Assembly: GCA_001791305.1 (NCBI GenBank)
Contig: MGEI01000005.1
Location: 146,698 to 210,697, forward strand
DNA from: Candidatus Uhrbacteria bacterium RIFCSPLOWO2_01_FULL_47_17
Lineage (GTDB): Bacteria > Patescibacteriota > Patescibacteriia > UBA9934 > GWF2-40-263
Direction of reading: 5' to 3'
Length of the DNA stretch: 64,000 nucleotides
Part shown: positions 9,337-19,213 of the stretch, one piece after another
Layout: every line of letters starts with the position of its first letter
Numbering within the stretch: the stretch's first letter is position 1
The notes under the pieces: model-generated
The model's input: the letters and a program-made list of their open reading frames with translations, nothing else
Told to the model about the DNA's origin: nothing
Databases searched by the model: none
Program-made: the position numbers and the translations under genes

Positions 9337-10326
9337 ATGCCGTACAAAATTTTCGTTACGCGATCGATTCCTGATGCTGGAATCAAACTTCTGCAGGCAA
9401 ACAAGAATGTTTCGCTTGATATTTACGAACGCGATCAACAGATTCCTCGAAAAGAACTGCTTAGACGCGTACGAGGAGCAGATATTATTTTGTCGATCTT
9501 AACAGAAAGAATGGACAAAGAAGTCATGGATGCAGCAGGACCACAGTTAAAGATGATCGCAAACTATGCGGTTGGGTTTGATAATGTTGATGTGAAAGAG
9601 GCGGCGAGGCGAAAAATCGTTGTGACAAATACTCCGCATGAGCGTGTGAATGAATCTGTTGCCGAACACACGGTCGCCCTTTTATTCGCCCTCGCGCATC
9701 GCATTGTCGAAACGGACGCGTTTACCCGTGCAGGAAAATATCATGCTTGGGGGCCAAAACTGTTGCTTGGTACAAGTCTTGTTGGCAAAACGATGGGAAT
9801 TGTTGGAACGGGTCGCATTGGATCATCCGTCGTCAAACGTCTTCACGATGGATTCGGTATGAAGATTCTTTATTCCGATTTGAATCGCAACAAAGATCTC
9901 GAAACAACAACCGGAGCAAAATATCGTACGCTCGAGAAACTTCTCGTAGAATCTGATTTTGTCTCTATTCACGTTCCCCTCCTAAAATCCACGCATCATT
10001 TGATGAGCGCGAAACAATTCAAACTCATGAAACCAACGGCGTTTCTCATCAACACCGCTCGCGGACCGATTGTGGATGAACACGCTCTTGTCGAGGCGCT
10101 ACGCAACAAAACAATCGCCGGCGCAGGATTAGATGTCTATGAAGGCGAGCCTTTGATTGCACTCAATCCTCGAGACATTAAAGAACTACGACAAATGAGA
10201 AACGTTGTTCTGACTCCCCACACAGCCTCTGCAACCATAGAAGCACGACAAGCCATGAGCGAAACCGCTGCAAAAAATATCCTCGCGTTCGTACGCGGAA
10301 AGGTTCCGCCAAACGCAGTGAAATAA
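9337..10326 (+). CDS. D-isomer-specific 2-hydroxyacid dehydrogenase (glycerate/phosphoglycerate dehydrogenase-like)
   Basis: Rossmann GIVGTGRIGSSV, catalytic-domain pattern, C-terminal LTPHTASAT. Confidence 0.8.
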   Translation: MPYKIFVTRSIPDAGIKLLQANKNVSLDIYERDQQIPRKELLRRVRGADIILSILTERMDKEVMDAAGPQLKMIANYAVGFDNVDVKEAARRKIVVTNTPHERVNESVAEHTVALLFALAHRIVETDAFTRAGKYHAWGPKLLLGTSLVGKTMGIVGTGRIGSSVVKRLHDGFGMKILYSDLNRNKDLETTTGAKYRTLEKLLVESDFVSIHVPLLKSTHHLMSAKQFKLMKPTAFLINTARGPIVDEHALVEALRNKTIAGAGLDVYEGEPLIALNPRDIKELRQMRNVVLTPHTASATIEARQAMSETAAKNILAFVRGKVPPNAVK

Positions 10327-10327
10327 T

Positions 10328-10465
10328 ATGGCACACGATCACAAACACGACCAGGATCATGAACACCATCACCATAACGATGACCACGCATTTGAACACC
10401 GCTTATCCTTCTGGGCGGGCGTAATTTTACTCGTCGTTCTGATCGCAATTCTGCTTGGATTATAA
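10328..10465 (+). CDS. small His-rich membrane peptide (about 45 aa: MAHDHKHDQDHEHHHHNDDHAFEH + one TM helix)
   Basis: ATG 2 nt after the upstream stop; strongly biased His/Asp composition followed by a hydrophobic helix; not in the ORF track (<60 aa). Confidence 0.35.
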   Translation: MAHDHKHDQDHEHHHHNDDHAFEHRLSFWAGVILLVVLIAILLGL

Positions 10466-10504
10466 AGAAACAAAAAAGATCATCGTGAAGATGATCTTTT
10501 TTGT

Positions 10505-10580
10505 TGGTGGACCAACAGGGACTCGAACCCTGGACCCTCTGCTTGCAAAGCAGATGCTCTACCAACTGAGCTATTGGCCC
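10505..10580 (-). tRNA. tRNA-Ala (anticodon TGC)
   Basis: rc reads GGGCCAATAGCTCAGTTGGTAGAGCATCTGCTTTGCAAGCAGAGGGTCCAGGGTTCGAGTCCCTGTTGGTCCACCA; G3:U70, anticodon loop TTTGCAA. Confidence 0.9.
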
Positions 10581-11197
10581 GAACGAGAGAAGAAGCTTGC
10601 ACCAAGATTATTCCGAGTGAGGCCGATAGCTTTGCGAAGCAAACGCTATTGACCCTCTCTTGAGGTGGCAAAAGTATAACATTTTGATTTTTTCTGTCAA
10701 TAACTCGCGAATCTTTTCCTTATTTCTAACCTTTTCTCTAAAAGTTATCCACAACTCCCTTTCAGACAAATCCACAACAAAAAGAGTGAGACCAGAGTGT
10801 GTGCAAGAAAAAATTCTTTTCGTTTCTCACTTTAATAATATTTTCTTGCATAAAGAATCACCGCATAAATATTGAGGGAAAATAATTTTTTGTTGAATAC
10901 AAAATAAAATAATGTTGTGAAGAAAAAAAGTTTACGTGTATATTCATCTCACAAAAAATATTTGTGTCTCAATATTTGTTACGAAAAAAAATATTTTTTC
11001 ATCACAAAATCTCTTGTCGATTTTTATAGACGTATTATAATTGTAAGTGATCGGAGGAGTATGCGCGCGTCATACGAAAACGATTTTCAGCGCACACTAA
11101 ATGTGCGATGCTCGATCGAGCATGTAATTTTTAACCGAACACCAAAGAGAATGTCTCTGTGCTCTGTTCACGCCTAAAGGAGGTGACCAATAATATT

Positions 11198-11296
11198 ATG
11201 GCAGCTAAAAAGAAAGCAGCGAAGAAAAAAGCAGCTCCAAAGAAGAAAGCAGCTAAGAAACCAGCAAAGCGCAAAGCAGCTAAGAAGCGTAAATAG
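11198..11296 (+). CDS. small highly basic Lys/Ala-repeat protein (32 aa, MAAKKKAAKKKAAPKKKAAKKPAKRKAAKKRK); histone-H1-tail / HU-like composition
   Basis: strong RBS aaaggagg 14 nt upstream, clean stop, followed by a terminator; below the ORF-track length cutoff. Confidence 0.55.
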   Translation: MAAKKKAAKKKAAPKKKAAKKPAKRKAAKKRK

Positions 11297-11302
11297 TCAG
11301 GA

Positions 11303-11340
11303 ATAAAAACTCTCTCGGACGCGCCGAGAGAGTTTTTATT
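11303..11340. terminator. bidirectional rho-independent terminator (aaaactctctcgg acgcg ccgagagagtttttatttt)
   Basis: perfect 13-bp stem flanked by A-run and T-run, between convergent genes. Confidence 0.6.
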
Positions 11341-12684
11341 TTAGATCAATTTTTCTTGATTGAGTTTCTTCGGACCAAATTCTCCGAAGAGAGTAATCCT
11401 TCCGTAGATGCCGTCGTAGCCTGGTTGTTTAAAGACCTCTCCGATTCGCATACGGCGAATGGCTTCGCCGAGTGTTGGTTCAGATGATATCGATATGATC
11501 GTTTTGATCGGTGTATCAAGGAGAAGGGTGAGTTCATCAATCTGATCTGTGAGTTTCGTGTACTCGAGCTGAATTTTCTTCGAGGTCGTTGACCTTACGC
11601 CATAGATCTCCGCGAGAATCTCCGCAAGTGGAATGATCGACTTAAACGGAATCTTTCGATCGACGACTGTCTCGAACTTCCGATCGGAAAGTTCCTCAAC
11701 ACGGTGATGAACACCGAGCGTTAACTTCTTTTTACACTTCGGACATCGCTCACCGAGTTTTATGGATTCCTCTGGCGAACAACAAAATAAATCCGCCGCA
11801 CATCCATCAAAGTGATACTTCCCTTCTTCGGGGTAAAACTCGATCGTATAGCGAAACACATTGCGATCTTGTTCCTTGAGTGCGCGCACGAAGTCGGAAT
11901 ACGTCGGTGGCGCGTCAAACTCAAACACATTTGCCTCGCGTGCAAGGTTCTTCGGCGAATGCGCATCCGAATTCGAGATGAAAACAACCTTATCGAGCTC
12001 GGAAAGTTGCCAGTTCATTTGTGGATCGGACGATAACCCAGTTTCGATCGCGTAAACATACTTCGACATGGATCCGAAGCACTCCTCGATCGAGTTAAAA
12101 CCGGATTTTGAACCGAAGATCGCATACCACGGCGTCCATGCGTGAGCGGGAATGATAATGATTCGGTCGTCGATCTCGCGAAGTAACTTGTAGAGTGCTT
12201 CCGAATCAATACCAAGAATTGGGCGACCATCGGATTTCAGATTAAATCCACGTTTGGTTAGTTCCTGATTTACTTTTTTACAAGTTTCAAGAGAAGGCGA
12301 CCAGACCAAGTTGTGAACACGACGGGTTTGTTCTCCTTTTTTATAGATCTGTGAAATCTCGGTGACGAACATGAATTCGGTGGGACGGCGGAGTGGTTGA
12401 GTGATGGAGTGGTTGAGTGATGGAAGAGAAGAGCTTTTATTTTTATTAACTGCTCTGCAAAGCAGCTTCCCGCCTGTCGAAGTCCGTAGTCGATAAATCC
12501 CCTCGCGCACTTCCTCGAGGTTCTCCTCCAGGTGCGCGAACCACTTCGGGTGTGTCCAATCCCCTGTTGCAACGATGTTGATTCCTTTTCGTTCACACCA
12601 TTCCGCAATCTTCGGTAATTCCAAATCCTTCGAGCAAGCTCGAGAGTATTTAGAGTGAACATGCCAGTCCGTGATGTAGCGCAT
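11341..12684 (-). CDS. PHP-domain protein with C-terminal Cys4 zinc-ribbon, endonuclease Q-like (TIGR00375-type)
   Basis: N-terminal WHVHSKYSRACS (PHP His motif), HSPKN, DGCAADLFCC...CPKCKKK zinc ribbon; carries a 2x16-nt tandem insertion (see repeat 12390-12421). Confidence 0.5.
   Translation of the reverse strand: MRYITDWHVHSKYSRACSKDLELPKIAEWCERKGINIVATGDWTHPKWFAHLEENLEEVREGIYRLRTSTGGKLLCRAVNKNKSSSLPSLNHSITQPLRRPTEFMFVTEISQIYKKGEQTRRVHNLVWSPSLETCKKVNQELTKRGFNLKSDGRPILGIDSEALYKLLREIDDRIIIIPAHAWTPWYAIFGSKSGFNSIEECFGSMSKYVYAIETGLSSDPQMNWQLSELDKVVFISNSDAHSPKNLAREANVFEFDAPPTYSDFVRALKEQDRNVFRYTIEFYPEEGKYHFDGCAADLFCCSPEESIKLGERCPKCKKKLTLGVHHRVEELSDRKFETVVDRKIPFKSIIPLAEILAEIYGVRSTTSKKIQLEYTKLTDQIDELTLLLDTPIKTIISISSEPTLGEAIRRMRIGEVFKQPGYDGIYGRITLFGEFGPKKLNQEKLI
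12390..12421. repeat. 2x tandem 16-nt unit GGAGTGGTTGAGTGAT inside the EndoQ-like CDS; related copy at 20680-20710 upstream of the 23S
   Basis: read directly; encodes SLNHSITQPL in the minus-strand frame. Confidence 0.5.
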
Positions 12685-12785
12685 AGGTAATTTTTGTAGT
12701 CCGAGGCTTTAGCCTTGGTTGCTTCGAGCAGAATAGCAAACGCAAATAAAAAACACCAGAATTTCTTCTGATGTGAGGTGTCTAC

Positions 12786-13121
12786 CTAACTTGGTGCGTC
12801 AAACACAGGCGGACTCTGTGCATGTTCGACCATGAACAAGAGAATCATGACGGCCGAACCGTTTGTGAGGACAAGTGGCAAGATCGAATCCGGAACAGAT
12901 TTGATGATGCCTGTGAGGCAATGATTCATGGTACGAAGCGCATCCTCTAGCGGATCAAGTGACTCGCCAGATTTGATGCGTCGCATCACTTCAAGACTCA
13001 TGTGCTGAACAATCGTCTGAATCGACGACTGCGCATTCGCACTCGCAAAAAAGTCCGTAAGGTCCGCAGCCGTCCTCAGCTCATGTTCAAACTGCGCAAT
13101 CAACCGCTTAATGTGTGACAT
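12786..13121 (-). CDS. hypothetical protein (111 aa)
   Basis: ORF only. Confidence 0.4.
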   Translation of the reverse strand: MSHIKRLIAQFEHELRTAADLTDFFASANAQSSIQTIVQHMSLEVMRRIKSGESLDPLEDALRTMNHCLTGIIKSVPDSILPLVLTNGSAVMILLFMVEHAQSPPVFDAPS

Positions 13122-13189
13122 TCTCCCCTCCGTGAATATCGCATCCGATCTTAAACCAAAAACCCCATTTGGTCAATGGGGTTTCATGG

Positions 13190-14989
13190 TTATTCAATCT
13201 CCTTTGTCTGTAACTCATACAATTCCGCATACAACCCCTTTCGACCTACCAGATCTTCATGCGTTCCCTCTTCTTCGACACGGCCTGACTTGAGAACGAC
13301 GATTCGATCTGCAACGCGCACACTCGAGAAACGATGCGAGATCACGATCACGGATTGCTCACGTGTTTTCTTAAAAAGTTCTTGAAAGAATTGATACTCA
13401 GATCGGGCGTCGAGTGCTGCGGTTGGTTCATCAAGAATCAAGAGCGACGCGTCTTTGATGAGCGAACGTGCAAGAGCTATTTTTTGCCACTCGCCACCGG
13501 AAAGTTCGGTTCCTCCCTCACCCGTTTCGTGTCCGAGCATGGTTTCATAGGTATTCGACAAACCAGTAATTTTTTGATGAATCCCGGAGCGTTCTGCCGC
13601 GAGCTGAATGGCGACGAGATCATCAATACGAGCAAGTTCACCGACTCCGATATTTTCTTTCACGGTAAGTGAGTACTGTTCAACATCCTGAAACGTTACC
13701 CCGATTTGTTTTCGTAGAGACTCGAGTGTATATGCACGATAATCTTTCCCATTCACAAGAACCGTTCCGCTTGTCGGTTCATATAATCGCATAAGAATTT
13801 TCACGAGCGTGGATTTTCCTGCACCATTCTCACCCACAATCGCCAGACGTTCACCTTTTTTAATAGAAAACGAAATATCCTTCAAAGCCGCAATGGTTGT
13901 TTCTGGATATGCGTAGGAAACATGATCCAATTCAAGTGATTCAATAGAAGAAAGCTGCTCTGCGTCCGGACGATCAACAATAATTGGTTGCAGTTTTTCG
14001 AGCGTTCGAAATGAATTCAAGTAGTTTGTGTGCTCGAATAATTGAGCGATTTGCCACGCCTGACTCACCATGAAACGTTCGAGGCCGACAAACGCACCAA
14101 TGTAAAGTGTGAATTGTCCAATCGAAATTTCTTGCAACACAACAGATTGCACAACGCTTACATAGACAAAAATATAAACGGAAAATGTACAAATATTCGC
14201 AACCAAACTTGCAAACAAACGTTTCTGTTCGATTTCTTTTTCTTTGCGAACAACTTCTGCATAGGATGCATGATAACGATCGGCAAAATACGTTCCAACG
14301 TGATGTATCATGAGTTCAACAAGTGTTTGTGTGCGCCGAAATAAGCTTTCAAGATACCAAACCTTTTTCATGATCCCCGCCTTACCCCAAGAAATATTCA
14401 TGCCAATATAAATCGCCCATACAGAAATAGCCACACTCGGAATAACAGCGATGACAAATAAAAGCGTGAACCATGGAGAGAACTTTGCCGCAAGAACAAT
14501 ATAGGAAATGGATGCCGCAATATTTCCAATCGACTGAAAAAGAATCCATGTCATCTGCTGAGGACGCCATCGCTGATCCTTTAAGTAGGTGAGGAGCGTG
14601 TGGACAGATGGCTTTTCAAGAGTTGGAAGATCAAGACTCACGGTCATTCGATGAATACGGTCTGTGACCGCAAGCATCAAATCCCCTTTCAATGCCTCTG
14701 TCATGGAATCACTCAAAAGAAACACCACGCGTTGTAGACCAAGCAAAACCAAAGACGCGATAATAAACCAAATAAGTTGCTGACTCCAAACACTGTTCGT
14801 CGAACCATGAACCAAAATATCAATAATACGTGCACCTAGGTACAACTCGGCCGGCGGAATAATTCCGATCAACAACTGAACAATCGTCAATTGAATGGTT
14901 TGTCGTGGTGCAATTTTAAAAACGAACGCGAGTTCACGAAAGAATGTTCTTATAAGCGTGCTTATAGGGATGCGTTCAATTTTTGACAT
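13190..14989 (-). CDS. ABC transporter, fused permease/ATP-binding exporter (MsbA/ABCB-like)
   Basis: six-TM N-terminal half; Walker A GENGAGKST, signature LSGGEWQKIALARSL, Walker B LILDEPTAALD. Confidence 0.85.
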   Translation of the reverse strand: MSKIERIPISTLIRTFFRELAFVFKIAPRQTIQLTIVQLLIGIIPPAELYLGARIIDILVHGSTNSVWSQQLIWFIIASLVLLGLQRVVFLLSDSMTEALKGDLMLAVTDRIHRMTVSLDLPTLEKPSVHTLLTYLKDQRWRPQQMTWILFQSIGNIAASISYIVLAAKFSPWFTLLFVIAVIPSVAISVWAIYIGMNISWGKAGIMKKVWYLESLFRRTQTLVELMIHHVGTYFADRYHASYAEVVRKEKEIEQKRLFASLVANICTFSVYIFVYVSVVQSVVLQEISIGQFTLYIGAFVGLERFMVSQAWQIAQLFEHTNYLNSFRTLEKLQPIIVDRPDAEQLSSIESLELDHVSYAYPETTIAALKDISFSIKKGERLAIVGENGAGKSTLVKILMRLYEPTSGTVLVNGKDYRAYTLESLRKQIGVTFQDVEQYSLTVKENIGVGELARIDDLVAIQLAAERSGIHQKITGLSNTYETMLGHETGEGGTELSGGEWQKIALARSLIKDASLLILDEPTAALDARSEYQFFQELFKKTREQSVIVISHRFSSVRVADRIVVLKSGRVEEEGTHEDLVGRKGLYAELYELQTKEIE

Positions 14990-15537
14990 AGGAAGAAAAT
15001 AATTGAATCCAAATCAATCGCATCATAATCTGTCGTATCCACAATATGCGTCCGCACATCAGCCAACAAGGGCTCGATGCGTTTTGAAAAATAGCGTTCG
15101 TCGAATTCACCCAAAACGGTCTCGATCGAATCACAATGTCCTGGGTGGCGCGTCGTGAGAGAGCGTTCGAGAAATCTCTTGCGCGCAACGTGTGGTTCCG
15201 CCGTCATCCAGATCTGAATAAGTTCGGCATTATGTCGTTCAGAAAATTCCTGCAGCCAAATCCGATCATCTGCCCAAATAAATGTTGCGTCGGCGATCAC
15301 GGATTCACCGCGTGCCAAATACATCTGAATCAATTGGCGAAATACTGGATGCGTCGCGGCGCCAATTTCTTTTGACCACGCGCGATCTTTATATCCACCA
15401 ACATCGAACAACGCTTCTTTAATTTCATCCAGGGCAATTCGAACAAACCCCGTTTTTTCCGCCACAAACTTCGACACGGTTGTTTTCCCCGTCGCAATCG
15501 AGCCGCCAACAATGATGAGTTTAGGATGCGAGTCCAT
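14962..15537 (-). CDS. P-loop NTPase / nucleoside(tide) kinase-like protein
   Basis: IIVGGSIATGKTTVS Walker A; ATG 15537 preferred over the Arg-rich upstream extension in the track. Confidence 0.55.
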   Translation of the reverse strand: MDSHPKLIIVGGSIATGKTTVSKFVAEKTGFVRIALDEIKEALFDVGGYKDRAWSKEIGAATHPVFRQLIQMYLARGESVIADATFIWADDRIWLQEFSERHNAELIQIWMTAEPHVARKRFLERSLTTRHPGHCDSIETVLGEFDERYFSKRIEPLLADVRTHIVDTTDYDAIDLDSIIFFLCQKLNASL

Positions 15538-16282
15538 AACATTTTCGTAAAATCTCTTCTGCAATCTCTTTTTCTTCCGGCGTATTAATCCCAATCGCCT
15601 CTTCCGGCGGAATCGATACGGTTGGAATATCGATTCCCTCCTCGAATGCCATCGCGACGAGATCGGTGAGATAATATTCACCCTGCGCATTCTCGTTTTT
15701 TAATTGGGCGAGACGATCCCAGAGCCAATCGGTTCGAAAACAGAAGAGAGCTGGATCGCGTTCGAGAATTTGTTTTTGTTCTTCGCTTGCATCCTTGAAT
15801 TGCTTATTGCCGATCACTCGACCGCTTTCATCACGCAGGATGCGTCCCCATTTCTCAAATGCTTTGTACCAGCCTTCGGTCGATGGCAACGTCGTAGTGG
15901 CCATCGTGACGTGTGCAGCGCGATCGCTGTGAGTTGATGCGAGACGATTCAGTGTTGACGCAGACAAAAACGGATGATCGCCGTAAAGGACGATGAGCGC
16001 ATCTGCATCTTCGACGAATTCCTGTGTGCATCGAACCGCGTGTCCGGTACCGAGCTGTTCTTCTTGAATGGCGTGCGAGCAAGTTCGACCAATCACTTCA
16101 CCGAGGCGTGGCGAATCTTTTCCAATCACAACAACCGGATTCCCCTCGAGACCCGATGCTTCTATAGACTCGAGCAAGTGCTGCAAAATAGGCTTCCCCG
16201 CAACCGGAGTCAGCGCCTTCGGAATATCCTGTTTCATGCGCGTACCTTTTCCGGCCGCGAGGATGACGATTCGGAATTTCAT
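15521..16282 (-). CDS. sugar-phosphate nucleotidyltransferase (GlmU N-terminal-domain-like)
   Basis: ILAAGKGTRMKQDIPKAL, EEQLGTGHAV, YGDHPFL. Confidence 0.7.
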   Translation of the reverse strand: MKFRIVILAAGKGTRMKQDIPKALTPVAGKPILQHLLESIEASGLEGNPVVVIGKDSPRLGEVIGRTCSHAIQEEQLGTGHAVRCTQEFVEDADALIVLYGDHPFLSASTLNRLASTHSDRAAHVTMATTTLPSTEGWYKAFEKWGRILRDESGRVIGNKQFKDASEEQKQILERDPALFCFRTDWLWDRLAQLKNENAQGEYYLTDLVAMAFEEGIDIPTVSIPPEEAIGINTPEEKEIAEEILRKCYGLAS

Positions 16283-16411
16283 ACTATTTCATCAAAACCC
16301 CAACAACAAAACCAAACAGGAACCCGATCGCGAGAAAGAAGATGATTCGGACGACTTTGCAGAGGTGACAGGGCTTTTTTTCTTCATTCATAGGACTCAA
16401 CAATAACAAAA

Positions 16412-16438
16412 AAATTCCCTTTCGGGAATCTTTTTCAG
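16412..16438 (-). terminator. terminator hairpin after the 5S rRNA (attccctttcgggaat flanked by T-runs on both strands)
   Basis: stem-loop plus T-run directly 3' of the 5S on the minus strand. Confidence 0.5.
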
Positions 16439-16450
16439 CAAATTTACATT

Positions 16451-16562
16451 GTCCTGGCGCCGACCTACTCTCGCCCAATCGGACTACCATCGGCCCTACG
16501 ACGCTTAACTTCTGTGTTCGGGATGGAAACAGGTGTGACCATCGTGGAAGAGGCACCAAGAC
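16451..16562 (-). rRNA. rrf: 5S rRNA
   Basis: rc aligns to E. coli 5S (CCGAACACAGAAGTTAAGCGTCGTAGGGCCGATGGTAGT...GAGAGTAGG); helix I pairing cttggtgcc/ggcgccagg. Confidence 0.85.
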
Positions 16563-16868
16563 AATGTAAACTTGCTGTTCTCACGAACAACAATTGAAGA
16601 TCAACAGAACTTATTCTAAACCTAATTTTTTCTGGTACGTGCGTACTCTGTGAACTCTCTTATGCAAGAGAGGTTGTAGAGCTCGACCTATTAGTACTGC
16701 TCGGCTGAACATCTTACGATGCTTACACCTACAGCCTATCAACCTGCTAGTCTCGCAGGGGTCTCAAATGAAGACTTATCTTTGGATCGGCTTCACGCTT
16801 AGATGCTTTCAGCGTTTATCCGAACCGAACGTAGCTACCCAGCGATGCCCTTGGCAGGACAACTGGTG

Positions 16869-16908
<40 letters not shown>

Positions 16909-16944
16909 TGGATTCCATCAATCTTCGACGCCCATGGTAGATAG

Positions 16945-16996
<52 letters not shown>

Positions 16997-17027
16997 TGGC
17001 GAACAGCCAAACCCTTGGGACCTTCTA

Positions 17028-17063
<36 letters not shown>

Positions 17064-17604
17064 GAACCACGCCGTCGCTGTGGACGCTTGGGCGTGACTA
17101 GCCTGTTATCCCCGGAGTAGCTTTTATCCGATGAGCTTCCGCCGTCCTATTTCGTACGGTCGGATCACTAACTTCTGCTTTCGCAACTGCGCGACTTGTA
17201 AGTCTTGCAGTAAAGCTGGCTTCTGCGTTTGCACGTCCAGCGCGATTTCCATCCGCGCCAAGCCAACCTTTGTAAACGCCTCCGTTACATTTTGGGAGGC
17301 ACCCGCCCCAGGTAAACTACCCACCAGATCCTGTCCCTCCCTCCGGTTTCACGGAAGGTGGTTAGACTTTACACAACGCAAGGGTGGTATCTCACTGGTG
17401 CCCGAAGGCTCCCACCTATTCTGAACATGCGGAACATAAAATCAAGACCAAGTTGTAGTAAAGCTTCACGGGGTCTTTTCGTCTTACCACGGGAAGTGAG
17501 CATCTTCACTCACATTGCAATTTCGCCGAGTACATTGTTGAGAGAGTCTCCAAGTCGTTATGCCATTCGTGCAGGACGGAACTTACCCGTCAAGGAATTT
17601 CGCT

Positions 17605-18330
17605 CTTTGTTGTTACGATCCATTGATCGACGTAGTCATTTCTGCCACGTTCTGCATGTCACCATGCAGGTCGGACTCTATCTTCTTCGAAGGTTTCGAA
17701 GTCTGGCGTATAGTCTCTGAGGATTCCAGAAATTTTGATGGAACTTTTCGATTCATCAATTGGATAATCTTTGCAATTTCTTTCTGACCTTGATGATTCT
17801 TGTGCGTTCCTTCCTTCATCATTTGAAGGAGCTGAGCAAAGAGTTCAAAATCATTTTTCTTTGAAGTTTGCAAAGAGTATTTTTGGAAGAACGGAATAAT
17901 CTTCTCTCGAAGATCTTCTTGCGATCTTACACAATACTTTAGCAATGGTTCTCTGTGATTATCATGACGAGTGTTCTGATAAATCTGACCGCATCCGAAA
18001 TACTCACGAATGAGTTCCAGACTTGATCGACTTTTCATACCTTGTGTCACAACAAACTCAGGAAACACCTGCCATCCAAGGCTTGTGGTTTTGTTTCGAA
18101 TCAAACTGACTGAGAAGCAACCCTCTCCGTCAACAAATCCGCAAATCCACCACGCCATTTCTAGTCTTTCCTGCTGATTGTCTCGTTTTTTTATCATACT
18201 ATGGTTATATTTTACCATAGAGTGAACGAGGTGTTCCAGCATATAGCCAAATTTTTCTTTATCTACGTCTGTGAGGCATCACAGTTCGATAATGAGAGGT
18301 CATTCACCTCACTAAGGCAGCTTTTATTTC
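17605..18330 (-). mobile_element. 23S rRNA intron (likely group I) in domain IV, inserted within the conserved CCUAAGGU^AGCGAAAUUCC sequence, carrying a LAGLIDADG homing-endonuclease ORF
   Basis: 23S similarity breaks after ...caaggaatttcgct (17604) and resumes at accttaggacgattatagtt (18331); about 726 nt in between. Confidence 0.7.
17613..18242 (-). CDS. LAGLIDADG homing endonuclease (intron-encoded)
   Basis: WICGFVDGEGCFSVS motif (LAGLIDADG variant), 209 aa, entirely inside the 23S intron. Confidence 0.75.
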   Translation of the reverse strand: MLEHLVHSMVKYNHSMIKKRDNQQERLEMAWWICGFVDGEGCFSVSLIRNKTTSLGWQVFPEFVVTQGMKSRSSLELIREYFGCGQIYQNTRHDNHREPLLKYCVRSQEDLREKIIPFFQKYSLQTSKKNDFELFAQLLQMMKEGTHKNHQGQKEIAKIIQLMNRKVPSKFLESSETIRQTSKPSKKIESDLHGDMQNVAEMTTSINGS

Positions 18331-19182
18331 ACCTTAGGACGATTATAGTTATCGCCGGCGTTCATCCGCGCTTCAGTCGAAAGCTTTGACCCCGAAGGAT
18401 CTAACCCCCTTCCTTAACGTTCGGACACTGGCCAGGCATCAGCCCCTATACTTCACTTTGCAGTTTTGCAGGGACCTGTGTTTTTGGTAAACAGTCGCTT
18501 GGAGTCTTTCGCTGCGGGTCGCCCCCTCACAGGGGCAACCAGGCCTTATCCCGAAGTTACGGCCGTTGTTTTGCCGAGTTCCTAAACAATGTTTCTCTCG
18601 TACGCCTTAGTGCATTACGCACCCACTCACCTGTGTCGGTTTACGGTACGGGTCTCTATCACATTAGCCTTAGCGGCTTTTCTTGGCTCCGTGTTCTTTC
18701 CCCTTGTTTCCTGTTGCCAGAAAACTTGCGATCATATTCGTGCTCTGGATTAAACCAAGCGTGGTGGATTTGCCTGCCACGCGCCTAAATACGCCCAACG
18801 TCATAGCCATAGGACGCGGGAAATTTCACGAAGCGTCCCCGCTTCAGTGTGATAAAAAGTGCAGGAATATTAACCTGCTATGCATCGACTACGCCTTTCA
18901 GCCTCGCCTTAGCACCCGACTAACCCTGGGACGATTTGCGTTGCCCAGGAACCCTTAAGTTTACGGCGGACGGGGTTCTCACCCGTCTTTTTGCTACTCA
19001 TGCCAACATTCTCCCTTCGCATCGCTCCACCATGGGTCACCCCTTTGGCTTCAGCGCAATACGAATGCTCTCCTACCGCTTAACATTTAAAAATGTTAAA
19101 CCCTCAGCTTCGGCACATCATTTAGCCCCGGTACATTTTCGGCGCAGAAAAACTTGACCAGTGAGCTATTACGCTATCTTTA

Positions 19183-19213
<31 letters not shown>

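Noticed and set aside
10581-11197. Calling the AT-rich region oriC
   Set aside because: There is a single perfect DnaA box and no dnaA/dnaN nearby. That is insufficient; it is kept only as a low-interest observation.
16284-16388. Possible 35-aa hydrophobic peptide (MNEEKKPCHLCKVVRIIFFLAIGFLFGFVVGVLMK) between the nucleotidyltransferase gene and the 5S terminator
   Set aside because: No RBS. It lies in the rRNA operon 3' flank and has no support beyond hydrophobicity.
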